A stretch of 64,000 bases of DNA from Eledone cirrhosa (GCA_964016885.1 OZ024756.1:23002001-23066000); one strand, 5' to 3'; positions 41,632 through 53,877 are shown, counted from the first letter of the stretch. Notes: generated by a model from the letters alone, not told the origin. Made by a program: numbers and translations.

Positions 41632-41717
41632 TTGCCAAGATAAAGCTAGTTCTTTCCGATGTAAAAAAAAAGTTGAAAAACTCTAGATGCATTTATTAAA
41701 AACTAGAATACTGCTGT
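41121..41717. repeat. Nested palindrome: outer 86-bp arms, (TA)n, inner 124-bp arms carrying a degenerate minimal HHR (family E)
   Basis: Outer 41121-41206 / 41631-41717; inner 41265-41388 / 41407-41530; HHR at 41415-41452 cctt-tTGAAaA-gcag aagaa ctgc-GAAA-ccgg-TA-aagg. Confidence 0.9.
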
Positions 41718-41887
41718 ATATATATATACACATACATATATATATACATATATATATATATACACATAAATATATATATATATATATATAAATATACACA
41801 TACATATATATATATATATATACACATATATATATATATATATACACATATATATATATATATATATACATACATATATATATATAT

Positions 41888-41947
<60 letters not shown>

Positions 41948-41951
<4 letters not shown>

Positions 41952-42067
41952 ATAATAATAAAATTGAAGACTAAAATCCAAAGAGGGCTCGATAAGTTTC
42001 AGAAGATCCCGTTAAGGGTGAAAGCAGCGATTCTTTGCTTAAACTTTAATCTGTTATTTTAATAAAT
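41948..42067. mobile_element. Family C hammerhead cassette (HHR plus 41994-42046, tail inverted)
   Basis: aagttt-CaGAAGA-tccc gttaa gggt-GAAA-gca gcgattctt tgc-TT-aaactt. Confidence 0.75.
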
Positions 42068-42852
42068 ATATATATATATATATATATGAGATAATAAAAT
42101 GTTGACGATCACCCGAATGTCATGTGAGAATTATCTAACATTATTTCAAGACACTAATACTGTCATCTTCTATGTGTATCTAACTTACCTATTATGTTAA
42201 TGTCATTGCAAGAGAATTTGAGTATTATTCCCACACTCGATCAATTACAAATGGAATGATAGACATTTGTCAACTTGTATAATGTTTTTAATTCAATAGC
42301 TAATTCAATCTGTCAGTCAATGACTTGTGCATTTCTTTTTAGCACAACATTATATTCCTTTTCCATATTCATATTGATTATTAGTACATTACACTTGTGT
42401 CAATGCTATAATGTAAAATAACGCCAAAATACCAAATAAAATAAATATTCACTCTCAATACATGTGCTCCACTCAAAAAGTTGACTTAAATATGAACCAG
42501 AAAGATGCCTAACAAAATTAAGTAATGAGAAAAAAGGGAAGAGATAAAGAAGAGAACATCTGGATGTATGGGAAAGTAGAAGAAAGGACTAAAAAGACCC
42601 TAAATGAGAGGTAAATGATGGGAAAAAGCAAGGACTCTTGGGTCACAGAAGAAAGGGAGGGGAAAGAGCAGAGAGTGATGAGCTCTAGGCCTTGGGCGAG
42701 GCGGTGTTTGGGCTGCGCCTTGCGAACAAAGTTGCAAAAATTATTATTTGCTCACTGTGGATATGTCTGGATGCTGAAATCCGTAATATTTTGCCAATTC
42801 GCTGCCAATCAAAATAAAGTAAGTAACAAATAAAGCTGTATATACTTGACCA

Positions 42853-43010
42853 GGCAGCGAATTTGGCAGAGTCGTTAGAATGTCGGATAGAATGTTTTGC
42901 AGTTTTCATTTCGGCTCTCTACTCTCTGAGTTCAAATCCCGTCGGGCTCAACTGTATCTTTCATCCATTCGAGGTCGATAAAAATATACCAGTCAAGTAC
43001 TGGGGTTGAT
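42853..43010 (+). mobile_element. Older SINE-A-related copy
   Basis: ggcagcgaatttggcagagtcgttaga, gagttcaaatccc, tttcatccattcgaggtcgataaaa. Confidence 0.8.
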
Positions 43011-44914
43011 TCTTCTATATCTCTTTCTCACTTCAATTCTCTCACATTCTATCCTTCTCTGGAAGAAATCGTCGAATCCAGACCTGGAAAAGAGACGGGC
43101 TCTACCAGGTTTTAAAAGAAACCTAGAAATGCCGAAACGTCGTTGTCAATACGGGGCTCCTAAGACTCGCTCAGGAGGTACAGACCCACTTGACCGATAC
43201 CCACACTGAAGACAAACATCTAGTCAGACGATTGTAATATTTCTATTATCACCACAATTTCAAGATAGTACGATAATGAATTCACAAGAATACAAGTATT
43301 TATAGCTAATGGTTGCCACAGAAAATAATATTTACCATATCATTTAGTTAATGTGCAAAATTTACATCTCTGGTTGTGCATCTCATGCACTGTAATTCTG
43401 ATCTACAGAGAAAGATATTCTATATCTCATGCACTAAGGGAATAATTACAGTTTAATGTTAAATAAAACCACTTCATTGAATATAGAAACACGGAAATTT
43501 CGCGTAGTATTCCACTCTTTGGCACAGCTCTTGAAATAAACTTTGTTTAAAAGTTATTTTATTTGGCCATTAAAACCTCAGATAAAACACATTACTGTAA
43601 TTTTAAAATTTTAACTCATAAATGTTTCCTAAGATTAAATTCCAAAAGTAACTACGATTAAAAGCTATATTTTATTGATAATAAAATATACATTATTAAA
43701 TTGTATAACGTTTCAAAATGTTAATAAAATGTTATTCCCCTCGTGCTAAAATATCGGTATACGAACCTGTAAAATTTAGCTCTAGTTAGTACATTCAGTT
43801 CATTACAACAGTTTTTAATGTTGTTGCTATCACTGAAAATGAAGTCCTCATATATTTTTATACACATCAACAAATGTTTGCTTTTGCCTACATTATATCC
43901 CTATTCTTCTTGTTCATCTTCTTCCAAGACCGCCAAAACTGCAATATAGTAAGAGGTAAAAAAAAAAAAAAATTCATACCGCATCGCTCTTCGCGCGTGT
44001 TAACAACGGACGCGTTCAAGCCTTAGTTAGAGGGGTCTGTTCGAAAGATATATTGCGGTCTTCATTTCATGCTTTAAAAACTGACGATGGGCCTGCGACC
44101 TGTGCTGGGAGGCGTGGGATGGATTTCCAGTGTTTGCGTATCCCGAGACCTCAAACAAGGTTCGGAAGGGAGCCCCCTACTCTTTGTATTTGAAATTCCA
44201 TATTTTAAAATGATCTTACGACCATTTTTACAAAATCGCACGATACATCTCGTGATGCAGCACACATATTACGAATACATTTTCTCCATTTACCATCCAT
44301 TTTGCTTCGCTTCAAACTAATAACTTTAAAAAAAGTTATTTATATTCAATGTTACACCAAAAGGTTAAGACATAGATTTTAATCTAGCTAGGATTCCTGT
44401 AGTTATAGCATTGTTTCATTCTATATGTTTCTTGGGAGTTGGATTCTCCTGAACTTCAGTTATAAATATGAGTGATGTTATTCTGTGAGAAACTCTAGCC
44501 ATCGAAGATAATCAACTGAGCTATCTAATCCTGACTTCTTTCAGTCTAGAGATTAACTGCATGAAATATCTTTTTACATTGTAGGATGTATATATGGAAA
44601 ATAAATAGATTGTGTATCCATGTGATTTAAGGAAAGAAACAGCTTAATTTCTTGAGACAGGTTTAGATCCCACTTAATAAATATTGTCCAGAATTATCTA
44701 GGAGGAAAGGAAATACTGTGATTGCAATAATTCCAGGTGGATTAAGTTCTAAGATTCAGCCACCTGAATGATGAATGAGTTACCTGTTCGAGATATAAAG
44801 TCTACAGGTATAAGGTGCGGCAGTTCTATCCGTTGAAACTCTCTAAGATGTATGGGTTGAAACGATTTTGGATCCTCACGTTCAAATCCCGACCATTATT
44901 AACATGTGAACTTA

Positions 44915-45131
44915 GGGCGGTGAATTGGCAGTATCGGTAGAGGGTCGGACGTCATGCTTTACAGCATTGAGTTACGGCTCTTTATGATCTGAGCTCAAAT
45001 CCCGCCGAGGTTAACTTTGCCTTTCATCCTTATGGGGTCGATAAAATAAAGTACCAGTCACGCACTGGGGTAGATTTAATCGACTTTCCCCTCCCCCCCA
45101 AATTACTGGCCTTGTGCCTATATAAGAAACC
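44915..45131 (+). mobile_element. SINE-A, long subfamily
   Basis: Full length; TSD cattattaacatgtgaact at 44894-44912 and 45131-45149. Confidence 0.95.
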
Positions 45132-45180
45132 ATTATTAACATGTGAACTGTTATGAATCAATTGTTTATATATATATATA

Positions 45181-45286
45181 TTAATAAAAATAATGAATAA
45201 AAACAAAGAAACAGTTCCTTATATTAAAAAATTGATTTTTTTAATATAAGGAACTGTTTCTTTGTTTTTATTCATTATTTTTATTA
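45181..45286. repeat. AT-rich fold-back palindrome (about 50-bp arms) with a one-sided extension to about 45435, in (TA)n
   Basis: ttaataaaaataatgaataaaaacaaagaaacagttccttatattaaaaaa followed by its reverse complement. Confidence 0.9.
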
Positions 45287-45438
45287 ATTTATTTTTAATT
45301 TATCTTGACTCTGTTTTCCTGTATTTTTCATCGAAAAAAATGTTTGAATACATCTCTTTTCATGATATTCGGATTACATTGAGTTCTTCATACGGATTGG
45401 ACACTACCGTACATTTTGGTAGATTTATCTACATATAT

Positions 45439-45494
<56 letters not shown>

Positions 45495-45714
45495 GATCCG
45501 GCTATCAGCCGATGCCATCGAGATTAGCCCCATCGCCTTAATCTCGTAAGGAATAGCAAACTACCTACCTACCTCTCTCTCTGATTACTATAGTCAAAGA
45601 CATATATGGTAGGGGAGGAACTTTGTGAAGTTGGGGATATAGACTCTCTCTTTCGGGCAAATCTCCATTACTATGTTTTCAAGTAACACTTCTGCAGGAT
45701 TTTGTAAACAATTT

Positions 45715-46571
45715 TACATATATATATACATATATATACATATATATACATATATATATACATATATACATACATAAACACATACATATATACATATATA
45801 CATACATATACACAAACATACATATATACATACATATACACACATCCATATATATATATATATATATCATATATCACGTATATATACACACACACATATA
45901 TACATATATATATACATACATATATATATATATATATATACATACATATATAAATACATAACACATATATATATCCATACATATACACAAACATACATAT
46001 ATACATACATATACCACATACATATATATATATCATATATCACGTATATATACACACACATATACATACATATATACATACATATATACATATATACATA
46101 CATATACACAAACACATATACATACATATACACACATCCATATATATATCATATATCACGTATATATACACACACACATATATATACATATATACATACA
46201 ACTATATATACATACATATATACATACATAAACATACATATATACATATATATATCATATATCACGTATATATACACACATATATATACATATATTCATA
46301 CATTAATATATACATACATACATATATACATAAACGCATACATATATACATATATACATACATATACACATACATACATATACACACATCCATATATATA
46401 TATATATCATATATCATGTATATATACACACACACACACATATATACATACAAAACACATACATATATACATATATACATACATATACACAAACATACAT
46501 ATATACATACATATACACATACATAACACATACATATATACATATATACATATATACATGCATATACACAT

Positions 46572-46631
<60 letters not shown>

Positions 46632-46795
46632 TATATCACGTATATATATATATATATATATATATATCATATATCACGTATATATATACACACACACACA
46701 TATATAAACATATACATACATAAACACATACATATATACATACACATATACATACATATACACACATCCATATATATATCATATCACGTATATAT

Positions 46796-46837
<42 letters not shown>

Positions 46838-46949
46838 TATATCACATATATACACACATATATATATATATATATATATCACGTATATATAGACACACAC
46901 ATATATATATATATAACGAGTAAATCAGACAAAGTTGGAATTCCTCTTA

Positions 46950-46988
<39 letters not shown>

Positions 46989-47015
46989 TATATCACGTAT
47001 ATATATATATACACA
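45715..47015. repeat. Compound TA/CA minisatellite with recurring tcatatatcacgta marker
   Basis: Marker recurs about ten times at variable spacing. Confidence 0.85.
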
Positions 47016-47839
47016 TAGGCTTGGAAAGGAAATACACACAGAGGTGTGTGTGTGCGTATGCGTGTGCGTGTGCGTGTGCGTGTGTGTGTATTTCCTTTCC
47101 AAGCCTACCATTAGGTATGATGAAAACAAGACACCATAAATTATTTCCCTTACATCTTGTGTGATTTTATCAAATACGCACACACGTACACATACATGAA
47201 CATGGGTGCACGGCAAAGGTGCAGAGTTAATGACAATGAGGTTTGCTGTGAAATGGTGCATAGAATCGTTGTGATGATGGTGATGATGATGATGGTGGTG
47301 GTGATGATATTGTCGATAATGGTAGTGCTGGTGGTAGTAGTAGTAGTAGTGTTGGTGGTGGTGGTGGTGGTGGTGGTGGTTTTGTGACAGAATTGATGAC
47401 GGTGGTAGTGCTGGTGGTGATAGTGCTGGTGGTGATAGTGCTGGTGGTGGTAGTGTTGGTGGTGGTGGTGGTAGTAGTGTTAGTGGTGGTGGTGGTGGTA
47501 ATGGTGTTGGTAGTATTGGTGTGGGTTGGGTGACAGAATTGGTGATGATGGTGGTAGTGGTGTTGGTGGTGCTGGTGGTAGTGGTGTTGGTTGTGTGACA
47601 GAATTAACGATGGTGGTGGTGTAGGAGGGGATGACAGAATTAATTGATGATGATGATGATGGTGGTACTGGCGTGGTGGTGGTGCTGGCGTGGTGGTGGC
47701 GGTTGTGCTGGTGTGGTGGCGGTTGTGCTGGTGTGGTGGCGGTGGTTGTGGTTGTGGTGTTACAGGCGCTGGCGAAGATGGCAGAAACATAGCAGATTAT
47801 ATTAACTGCTGTGCTTGATCTCAGTAACTTATTTCGTTA

Positions 47840-48539
47840 ACCAGGGTCTGGTACAGGCTCCTAGTTTAGTCGCTGTCAACTCGACCATGAAGCGGGTTGT
47901 CATGGGCAACAAGGTATCCCATGTAGCCGCTACATGGTGCTAGTAGCAGACAGAAGCCTGACCTGACGAGACCAGGGTACCTGTAACAGGCAGAAGCCTG
48001 ACCTGACGCGGCCAGGGTCTCCTGGGTGAGCCGGTTTAGTAACCGACCACTCGACCACGAAGCAGGTTGTACTGGGTTACATGGTACCTGTAACAGGCAG
48101 AAGCCTGCCCTGACGAGGCCAGGGTCTCCTGGGTGAGCCGGTTTAGTAACCGACCACTCGACCACGAAGTAGGTTGTACTGGGTTACATGGTATCTGTAA
48201 CAGGCAGAAGCCTGCCCTGACGAGGCCAGGGTCTCCTGGGTGAGCCGGTTTAGTAACCGACCACTCGACCACGAAATAGGTTGTACTGGGTTACATGGTA
48301 TCTGTAACAGGCAGAAGCCTGACCTGACGAGGCCAGGGTCTCCTGGGTGAGCCTGTTTAGTCACCGACCAATCGACCATGAAGCAGGTCGTCTTAAGTTA
48401 CACGGTACCTGTATCAGGCAGAAGCCTGACCTGACGAGACCAGAGTCTCGTGGGTGAGCCTGTTTAGTCGCAAACCACTCGACCATGAAGCAGGGTGTAC
48501 TGGGTTACATGGTACCTGTAGAGGGCAGACGCCTGACCT
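47840..48539 (-). repeat. 107-bp structured tandem repeat (about 6 units) homologous to an RTE 5' leader
   Basis: ctgacg at 48003, 48110, 48217, 48324, 48431; minus strand aligns with 52942-53030. Confidence 0.9.
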
Positions 48540-48659
48540 AACCATAACTATAATTAACTAATTAACACATAATAAATAGCATTGTTGATGTAATTGAAAT
48601 CAGATGTGATTAATGTTATTGATGTGATTTGGGGTTGTAGTGGTTGTTTTGTGATTTTG

Positions 48660-48910
48660 GGACGCAGCCATGGCTGAGTGGTTAAGGAGTTTGCCTCCCA
48701 GCCATTAGCTATCGCGTTCGACCCTACTGCATATCACCTTGGACTAGTGTTATATGACTTAGACTTTGTGCGTGGAATTGGGTTGAGGGGAAATGGATTT
48801 ATAACTCGGCGGTTGGACTGTACATCTAATTCAAAGGGCCAACATTGTCATACACTCTGTCATGCTGAATCTCCCTGAGAATTACATTAGGAGTATATAC
48901 TGGAACATTC
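48660..48910 (+). mobile_element. tRNA-derived SINE of a third family (degenerate)
   Basis: A box TGGCTGAGTGG, B-box-like GTTCGACCC; tail resembles 1-60. Confidence 0.6.
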
Positions 48911-48999
48911 ATCATCTAAACCGACGGAAGTCCATCCATTATATACAATAACATCGAGTCAACCCTGTTATCGATGAGCATTCGACGAGTCATTTTATC

Positions 49000-49312
49000 A
49001 TATTTACGCTTCGTGTTCAAATCGCGCCGAGATGACCTTTGCCTTTCATCGTTACAAGATCAATAAAAAGAAGTACCAGTAATGCACTGGGATAGATTTA
49101 ATTGACTTTCCCCTTTCCCCAAATTGTTTGGCCTTGAGCATAAATCAGAACCTATTATCATATTTACATTCTGAGTTCAAAGCCCGCCCAGATTAGCAAT
49201 GCCTTTCATCCTTATGAGGCCGATAAATTGAAGTACCAGTAACGTACTGGGTTCGATTTAATCGACTTCTCCTCCTCCAAAATTGTTGGCCTTGAGCCTA
49301 AATCAGAGACCA
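49000..49312 (+). mobile_element. Two tandem 5'-truncated SINE-A copies
   Basis: ttatcatatttac target repeated; core and tail motifs present. Confidence 0.85.
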
Positions 49313-50544
49313 TTGTCCTATCATTTTCAGGGAATTGTTACTCTGAAGTACATCGTGTTGCTCTCTTTAAGAAAGAAGGTTTGCTTAGAATATGGCTGTT
49401 GTTTCTAGCAAATTAAGTGAACACCAAGAGGACCGATCGGTCGCTGGTTCAGGTGTATTGTAGTTTGTGCTGTTGTTATTGTTGTGGCTGTTCTTGTTAT
49501 TTTTCTTGTAGTCACCATTGTTTCTGGATGGAAATAGTGTGGTGGTGGCGGTGACGGGTGTTATTGTTCTTGTTGCTGCTGTTGTTGCTAGTGGTGGTGG
49601 TGGTGTTTTTGTTGTTGGTTGTGTTGTTGCTGGTGTTGTTGTTGATGATGATGGTGTTTCTGGAGGTAGTGTTGTTGCTGCTGTTATTGTTGGTGGTGGT
49701 GTTGTTGGTGTTGTTTTAACTGTTGATGCTTCTGGCGGTTGTATTGTTGCTGCTGTTGGTGGTGGTGTTTTTGTTGTTGATGACGTTGGTGCTGCAGTTG
49801 TTGTTGTTGTTGATACTTCTGGTGGTAGTGGTGGTGGTGCTTTTACTGTTGTTGTTCTTCAAATCGCCATTGTTCTGCATGAAAATAGGGTGGTGGTGGT
49901 GGTGGTGGTAGTAATGGATGTTGTTGCTGCTGCTGCTGTTGCTGTTGTTGCTGCCGCTGCTGCTGTTGTTGATGTCTTATTTTATTTTAATTAGAACATT
50001 AGTACTTAGAATTTTAACTTTCATTCGAGCCCCTTCTGTGCATTAGCAGTATTTGAGATGTAAGGAGGTTAAACCACCAGAAACACACTGGGATGTAATG
50101 AGGTTTTGGCAAAGCAACAAGCTACGTTTTTACAAGCCTCCTGTATGTGTTTTATTGGTGCCAATTAAAATTACACAGACGAAATAGAATAAAATAAAAG
50201 TTGTTCGCTTTTACACTGGCAGCGTCTCACCTTTTCATTCCTAATTACAAGGTAGGTTAATTCATAATGTGATATAATTGCAAAGCAGACTTAATTAGTA
50301 GCAAAAGCGGGAGACTCTTCAAGGGAGATAAATATGCTTATCTTAACTTAACAGTTCAATCATTATATCTAATTTGGCTTCTGTGTTCTTTTAACATTTA
50401 TTCTATTTATTTAAATATATGTAGAAAAATAAAGAAATAAAACTAATCTTCTAGTATGTAATGATGGCTTTGGTTGTATGGTTGTAGGAGGAAAAAGAGA
50501 TTCTCTGATCTTCATGCATTATTGAATATTAATTTAGAGGTTTA

Positions 50545-50920
50545 GTGAATTGGCAGTATCGGTAGAGGGTCGGACGCCATGCTTTGACGCATAGAGTTAC
50601 GGCCCTTGCCATTCTGAGTTCAAATCCCGCCGAGGTTAACTTTGCCTTTCATCCTTACGGGGTCGATAAAATAAAGTACCAGTAATACACTGGGAAATTG
50701 CTGGCCTTGTGCCAAAAGTTATTGAATATTAATTTGACGGTGGATTGGCAGTATCGGTAGAGGGTCGGACGCCATGCTTTCCAGTATAGTTACGTCCCTT
50801 TACGATCTGAGTTCAAATCCCGTCCAAGTTTGACTTTGCCTTTCATCCTTACGGGGTCGATAAAATAAAGTACCAGTAATGCACTGGGTATTTGCTGGCC
50901 TTGTGCCTAACGTAGAAACA
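50545..50920 (+). mobile_element. Two tandem SINE-A copies sharing a triplicated target site
   Basis: ttattgaatattaattt at 50519, 50719 and 50922. Confidence 0.95.
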
Positions 50921-51308
50921 ATTATTGAATATTAATTTGTTGTGGCCGTCAATTGAAACATACAAACACACTCATATATGCATACACAAAGACATACATA
51001 CACACACACATATATACACATAACGACAAGCATACACACTCACACACAACGACATACATACGCGCACACACATGACATACACACACACACACATAACGAC
51101 ACACACGCGCACACACACACATAATGACACACACACACATAACGACACACACACACACACATAGCGACACACATATATATATATATTATTATTATATCGT
51201 TATCTATAACAATATACTCTGCTCTGTGCGCACATCAAGTGCTCAACCGGCCTACCGCCCACGGACGCATTTACCTACAAACCTACAACAACTATATATA
51301 AATATTTA

Positions 51309-51506
51309 ATATAGAAAAGGCTTCTACAAGACTAGAACTGTTTTATTCGGGAGAAATCATCAGGAAGCTTCCTGATGATTTCTCCCGAATGAAACAGTTC
51401 TAGTTCTGTAGAAGCCTTTTCTATAGTAAACATTTATACTCTGCTTTGCATTGAGTACTTTACTTACTACTTACTGTGGTTACTCCCGATTGAGCCCCGG
51501 ATAAAC

Positions 51507-51507
<1 letters not shown>
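51309..51507 (+). mobile_element. Family A hammerhead cassette (HHR plus 51367-51415, mirror copy on minus)
   Basis: gcttc-CTGATGA-tttc tccc gaat-GAAA-cag ttctagtt ctg-TA-gaagc; compensatory helix I change versus gattc/gaatc copies. Confidence 0.88.
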
Positions 51508-51560
<53 letters not shown>

Positions 51561-51601
51561 ATGATATTAATAAATGGAAACTATATTTATAAAACCATAT
51601 T

Positions 51602-51662
51602 TATTCTATTATACATATTTCAAGTGTACCAAAACTTTGGTACGCACTCTTCAGATAAAATA
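51602..51662 (-). ncRNA. Type I hammerhead ribozyme, family F
   Basis: Minus strand: tattttat-CTGAAGA-gtgcgtaccaaa gt tttggtacactt-GAAA-tatgta-TA-atagaata; flank matches 4940-4990. Confidence 0.8.
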
Positions 51663-51780
51663 CAAATTTTGTTTTATAAATAGTGACATACCCAGGAATC
51701 AGACCTTAACTGTTCAGGTACTGTTTCGAATCTGTTATAAATATATTTGTGGAATTACCAACAAATTAAATATCTCTTTG

Positions 51781-51817
<37 letters not shown>

Positions 51818-51821
<4 letters not shown>

Positions 51822-52366
51822 GTCAATTTTTTAAAATTTATTTTGAAACTTTTTCATTATTTGCTAAACCTTGTTTATATATGTTCTGGCTCGTTAATTT
51901 ATTAACCTGCCATTGAACCACATTGGCATTTGGTTGGACAATACATGCGTCCCTTAGCGCCTTGTGCATGAAGGAACACATATCCTATTATTACTATTCT
52001 CCTCTATTGTTGAGAAGCAAATTTGGTCGTTCCGACTGCTGCTAGTGATAGTTGCGGCCGGTTGACCTACCTCCCTCTGCCTCTATCTTTACTTCGGCCC
52101 TTGAAAAAATTGATTCCACTTCATTCACTCTCATCTCGGGAACAGTTTTGGATAGCGCTAGTTCGTAATTTAAATTCAAGAATTTTATATTCTTCGAATG
52201 AAAAGAACCTTCTGACGAGAATCTTTCTTTGCAACGAAGGCCGTATGGCCTCCGTTTATTTTTGGGATTCGAAACCGATCGGTAAAGGTAACTATAGTAG
52301 GTAAAGTCAATTTTTTAAAATTTATTTTGAAACTTTTTCGTTATTTGCTAAACCTTGTTTATATAT
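51818..52366 (+). mobile_element. Terminally redundant 484-nt non-coding element with intact HHR (retrozyme-like or PLE pLTR partial tandem)
   Basis: 65-bp direct repeat 51818-51882 / 52302-52366 with one mismatch; (TA)n on both sides. Confidence 0.8.
52207..52289 (+). ncRNA. Intact type I hammerhead ribozyme
   Basis: acctt-CTGACGA-gaatc..aacgaaggcc gtat ggcctccgtt..gattc-GAAA-ccgatcgg-TA-aaggt; predicted cleavage after GUA at 52284. Confidence 0.92.
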
Positions 52367-52454
52367 ATATATATAGGTACATACATAGGGAAATACGATG
52401 TAAACCACGTAGGAAAGTCGGTCTGAAACATATATATATATCTTTATTTTGTTA

Positions 52455-52590
52455 TAGAAATGACTTCTACTGTTTCATTCGTAAGAAATCATCAGGAATA
52501 AGAATGAAACAGTTCTAGTTCTATAAGGAAATCAAGATGCTTATACTCTGCTAACGTCTTCTGCATCTGTTTTAACCGTGGTCACCTCCC
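52455..52590. mobile_element. Degenerate family A cassette
   Basis: tgtttcattcgtaagaaatcatcagg, gaatgaaacagttctagttct, ttatactctgct. Confidence 0.7.
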
Positions 52591-52941
52591 AATATACATT
52601 GGGAATCGAACTGTGTGTGTATTGAACAGTGAAAATAAAAGAACAGTCAAGGATAGGTTATTAATTAGTTCGTTGTTTATGATAGTTCTAGAGAGCTGAT
52701 TGATCATGGTAGATCGATATATCGACTAGCAGGTAGTGGTTGTGTCAGTACCTATTTCAAGTGACGAAATCCCTAATCTATCGCATCGTCTTCCTCAGAA
52801 ACAACCATTATAGCACTCACCTCCTAATCTCCCCTGAAGCCATCTCTTCAAGACCGCATTGAGTTCTAACAATGTTATTGGCACCGCTATAAACAGGTAG
52901 AAACCAAAATGTATGTATGTATGTATGTATGTATGTATGTA

Positions 52942-53552
52942 CGTCAGGTCACCAGTTGGTGCTACTGGTAACATGTATCCCAGTACAACCTGTCCCATGG
53001 TCGGATCGTTGGCGACTAAACTGGCAACCCCACCAAGGTTTCTTGGTGAGGAGGGTGACTTTGGACATCCTGCAGGAATAAAAACAAAACCTCTCAAAGG
53101 GCAAAGGAGCTCTTAAGAGTCAATGGCTATCCAAAATCACCGGGAGAGATGACCCCTTAGCCTTTGTCAAGGCAGAATTCTAGGAGAAGGAAAACTCTGA
53201 TATCACACCTGCAACCCTGATGGTATCCAATGATGTTGACTTGTTCTTCTGTTTGGTAAATATCATCTTGGTTAAGAGAGTGGGACTGGCTTTGTGCAGT
53301 GCCTTTGCTCACTATAAAAGCTTCACGGCACAGGCATTGCTTTATATCTGGAGATCTCTCTGCACTTGTCGTCACATGGTACCATGGGCCCAGCACCATG
53401 TGTCAATAATTGTCACAAGTGTAGTGTTTGTACCAGAGTTTCCAAGTCGCTGGCTGGACTAAAAAGTCACACTCGTTCAGCGCATCGGTAGGGGTTCTCC
53501 TACATGGATATAAAGTAGTGACCGTACTCGAAAACGAGTTGGCAGCCACCAT
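52942..53552 (+). mobile_element. Internally deleted RTE (BovB-like) element in (TATG)n: 5' UTR, middle segment, C2H2-coding 3' end
   Basis: RTE-like leader motif ctaggagaaggaaaactctga; CSVCTRVSKSLAGLKSHTRSAH* at about 53417-53491; (GTAT)n on both sides. Confidence 0.7.
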
Positions 53553-53720
53553 GTATGTATGTATGTATGTATGTAATGTATGTATCTAATGTATGTATGT
53601 GTGAAAAATGCGTCCGTAGGCGGTATGGTGGTTGAGCCCTCGATGCTCGCGCAGAGCAGAGTATAATACTATAAGGATAAGGAACAAGGATTCAGTTTTG
53701 CATCATAACATATTTAATAA

Positions 53721-53810
53721 CATATTACATATGTTTCACTATCGATCAGCTCGAGGCAAGACCTACTATAGATCGAACCTGACTCTGTAATCGAAAGATC
53801 GTCAGCAACA
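53721..53810 (-). ncRNA. Degenerate hammerhead with long helix II inside 31-bp inverted repeats (about 53665-53840)
   Basis: Minus strand: CTGACGA-tctttcgat...atcgatagt-GAAA-catatg-TA; helix I does not pair well. Confidence 0.5.
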
Positions 53811-53836
53811 CTGAATCCTTCTTCCTTACCCTTATA

Positions 53837-53877
<41 letters not shown>

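Noticed and set aside
43075-43150. Very degenerate hammerhead-like motifs (also 60068-60104 and about 38890-38925)
   Set aside because: Only GAAA-side matches; core or helices too eroded to support a call
43860-43980. Minus-strand polypyrimidine tract plus AG acceptor with a nearby GTATGA donor
   Set aside because: The implied intron is only about 40 nt and downstream frames stop quickly; no exon supported
48003-48431. Canonical plus-strand hammerhead in each 107-bp unit
   Set aside because: GAAG replaces GAAA in most units, the bases of helices I and II are mismatched, and the motif is lost in the homologue at 52942; kept only as a secondary hypothesis
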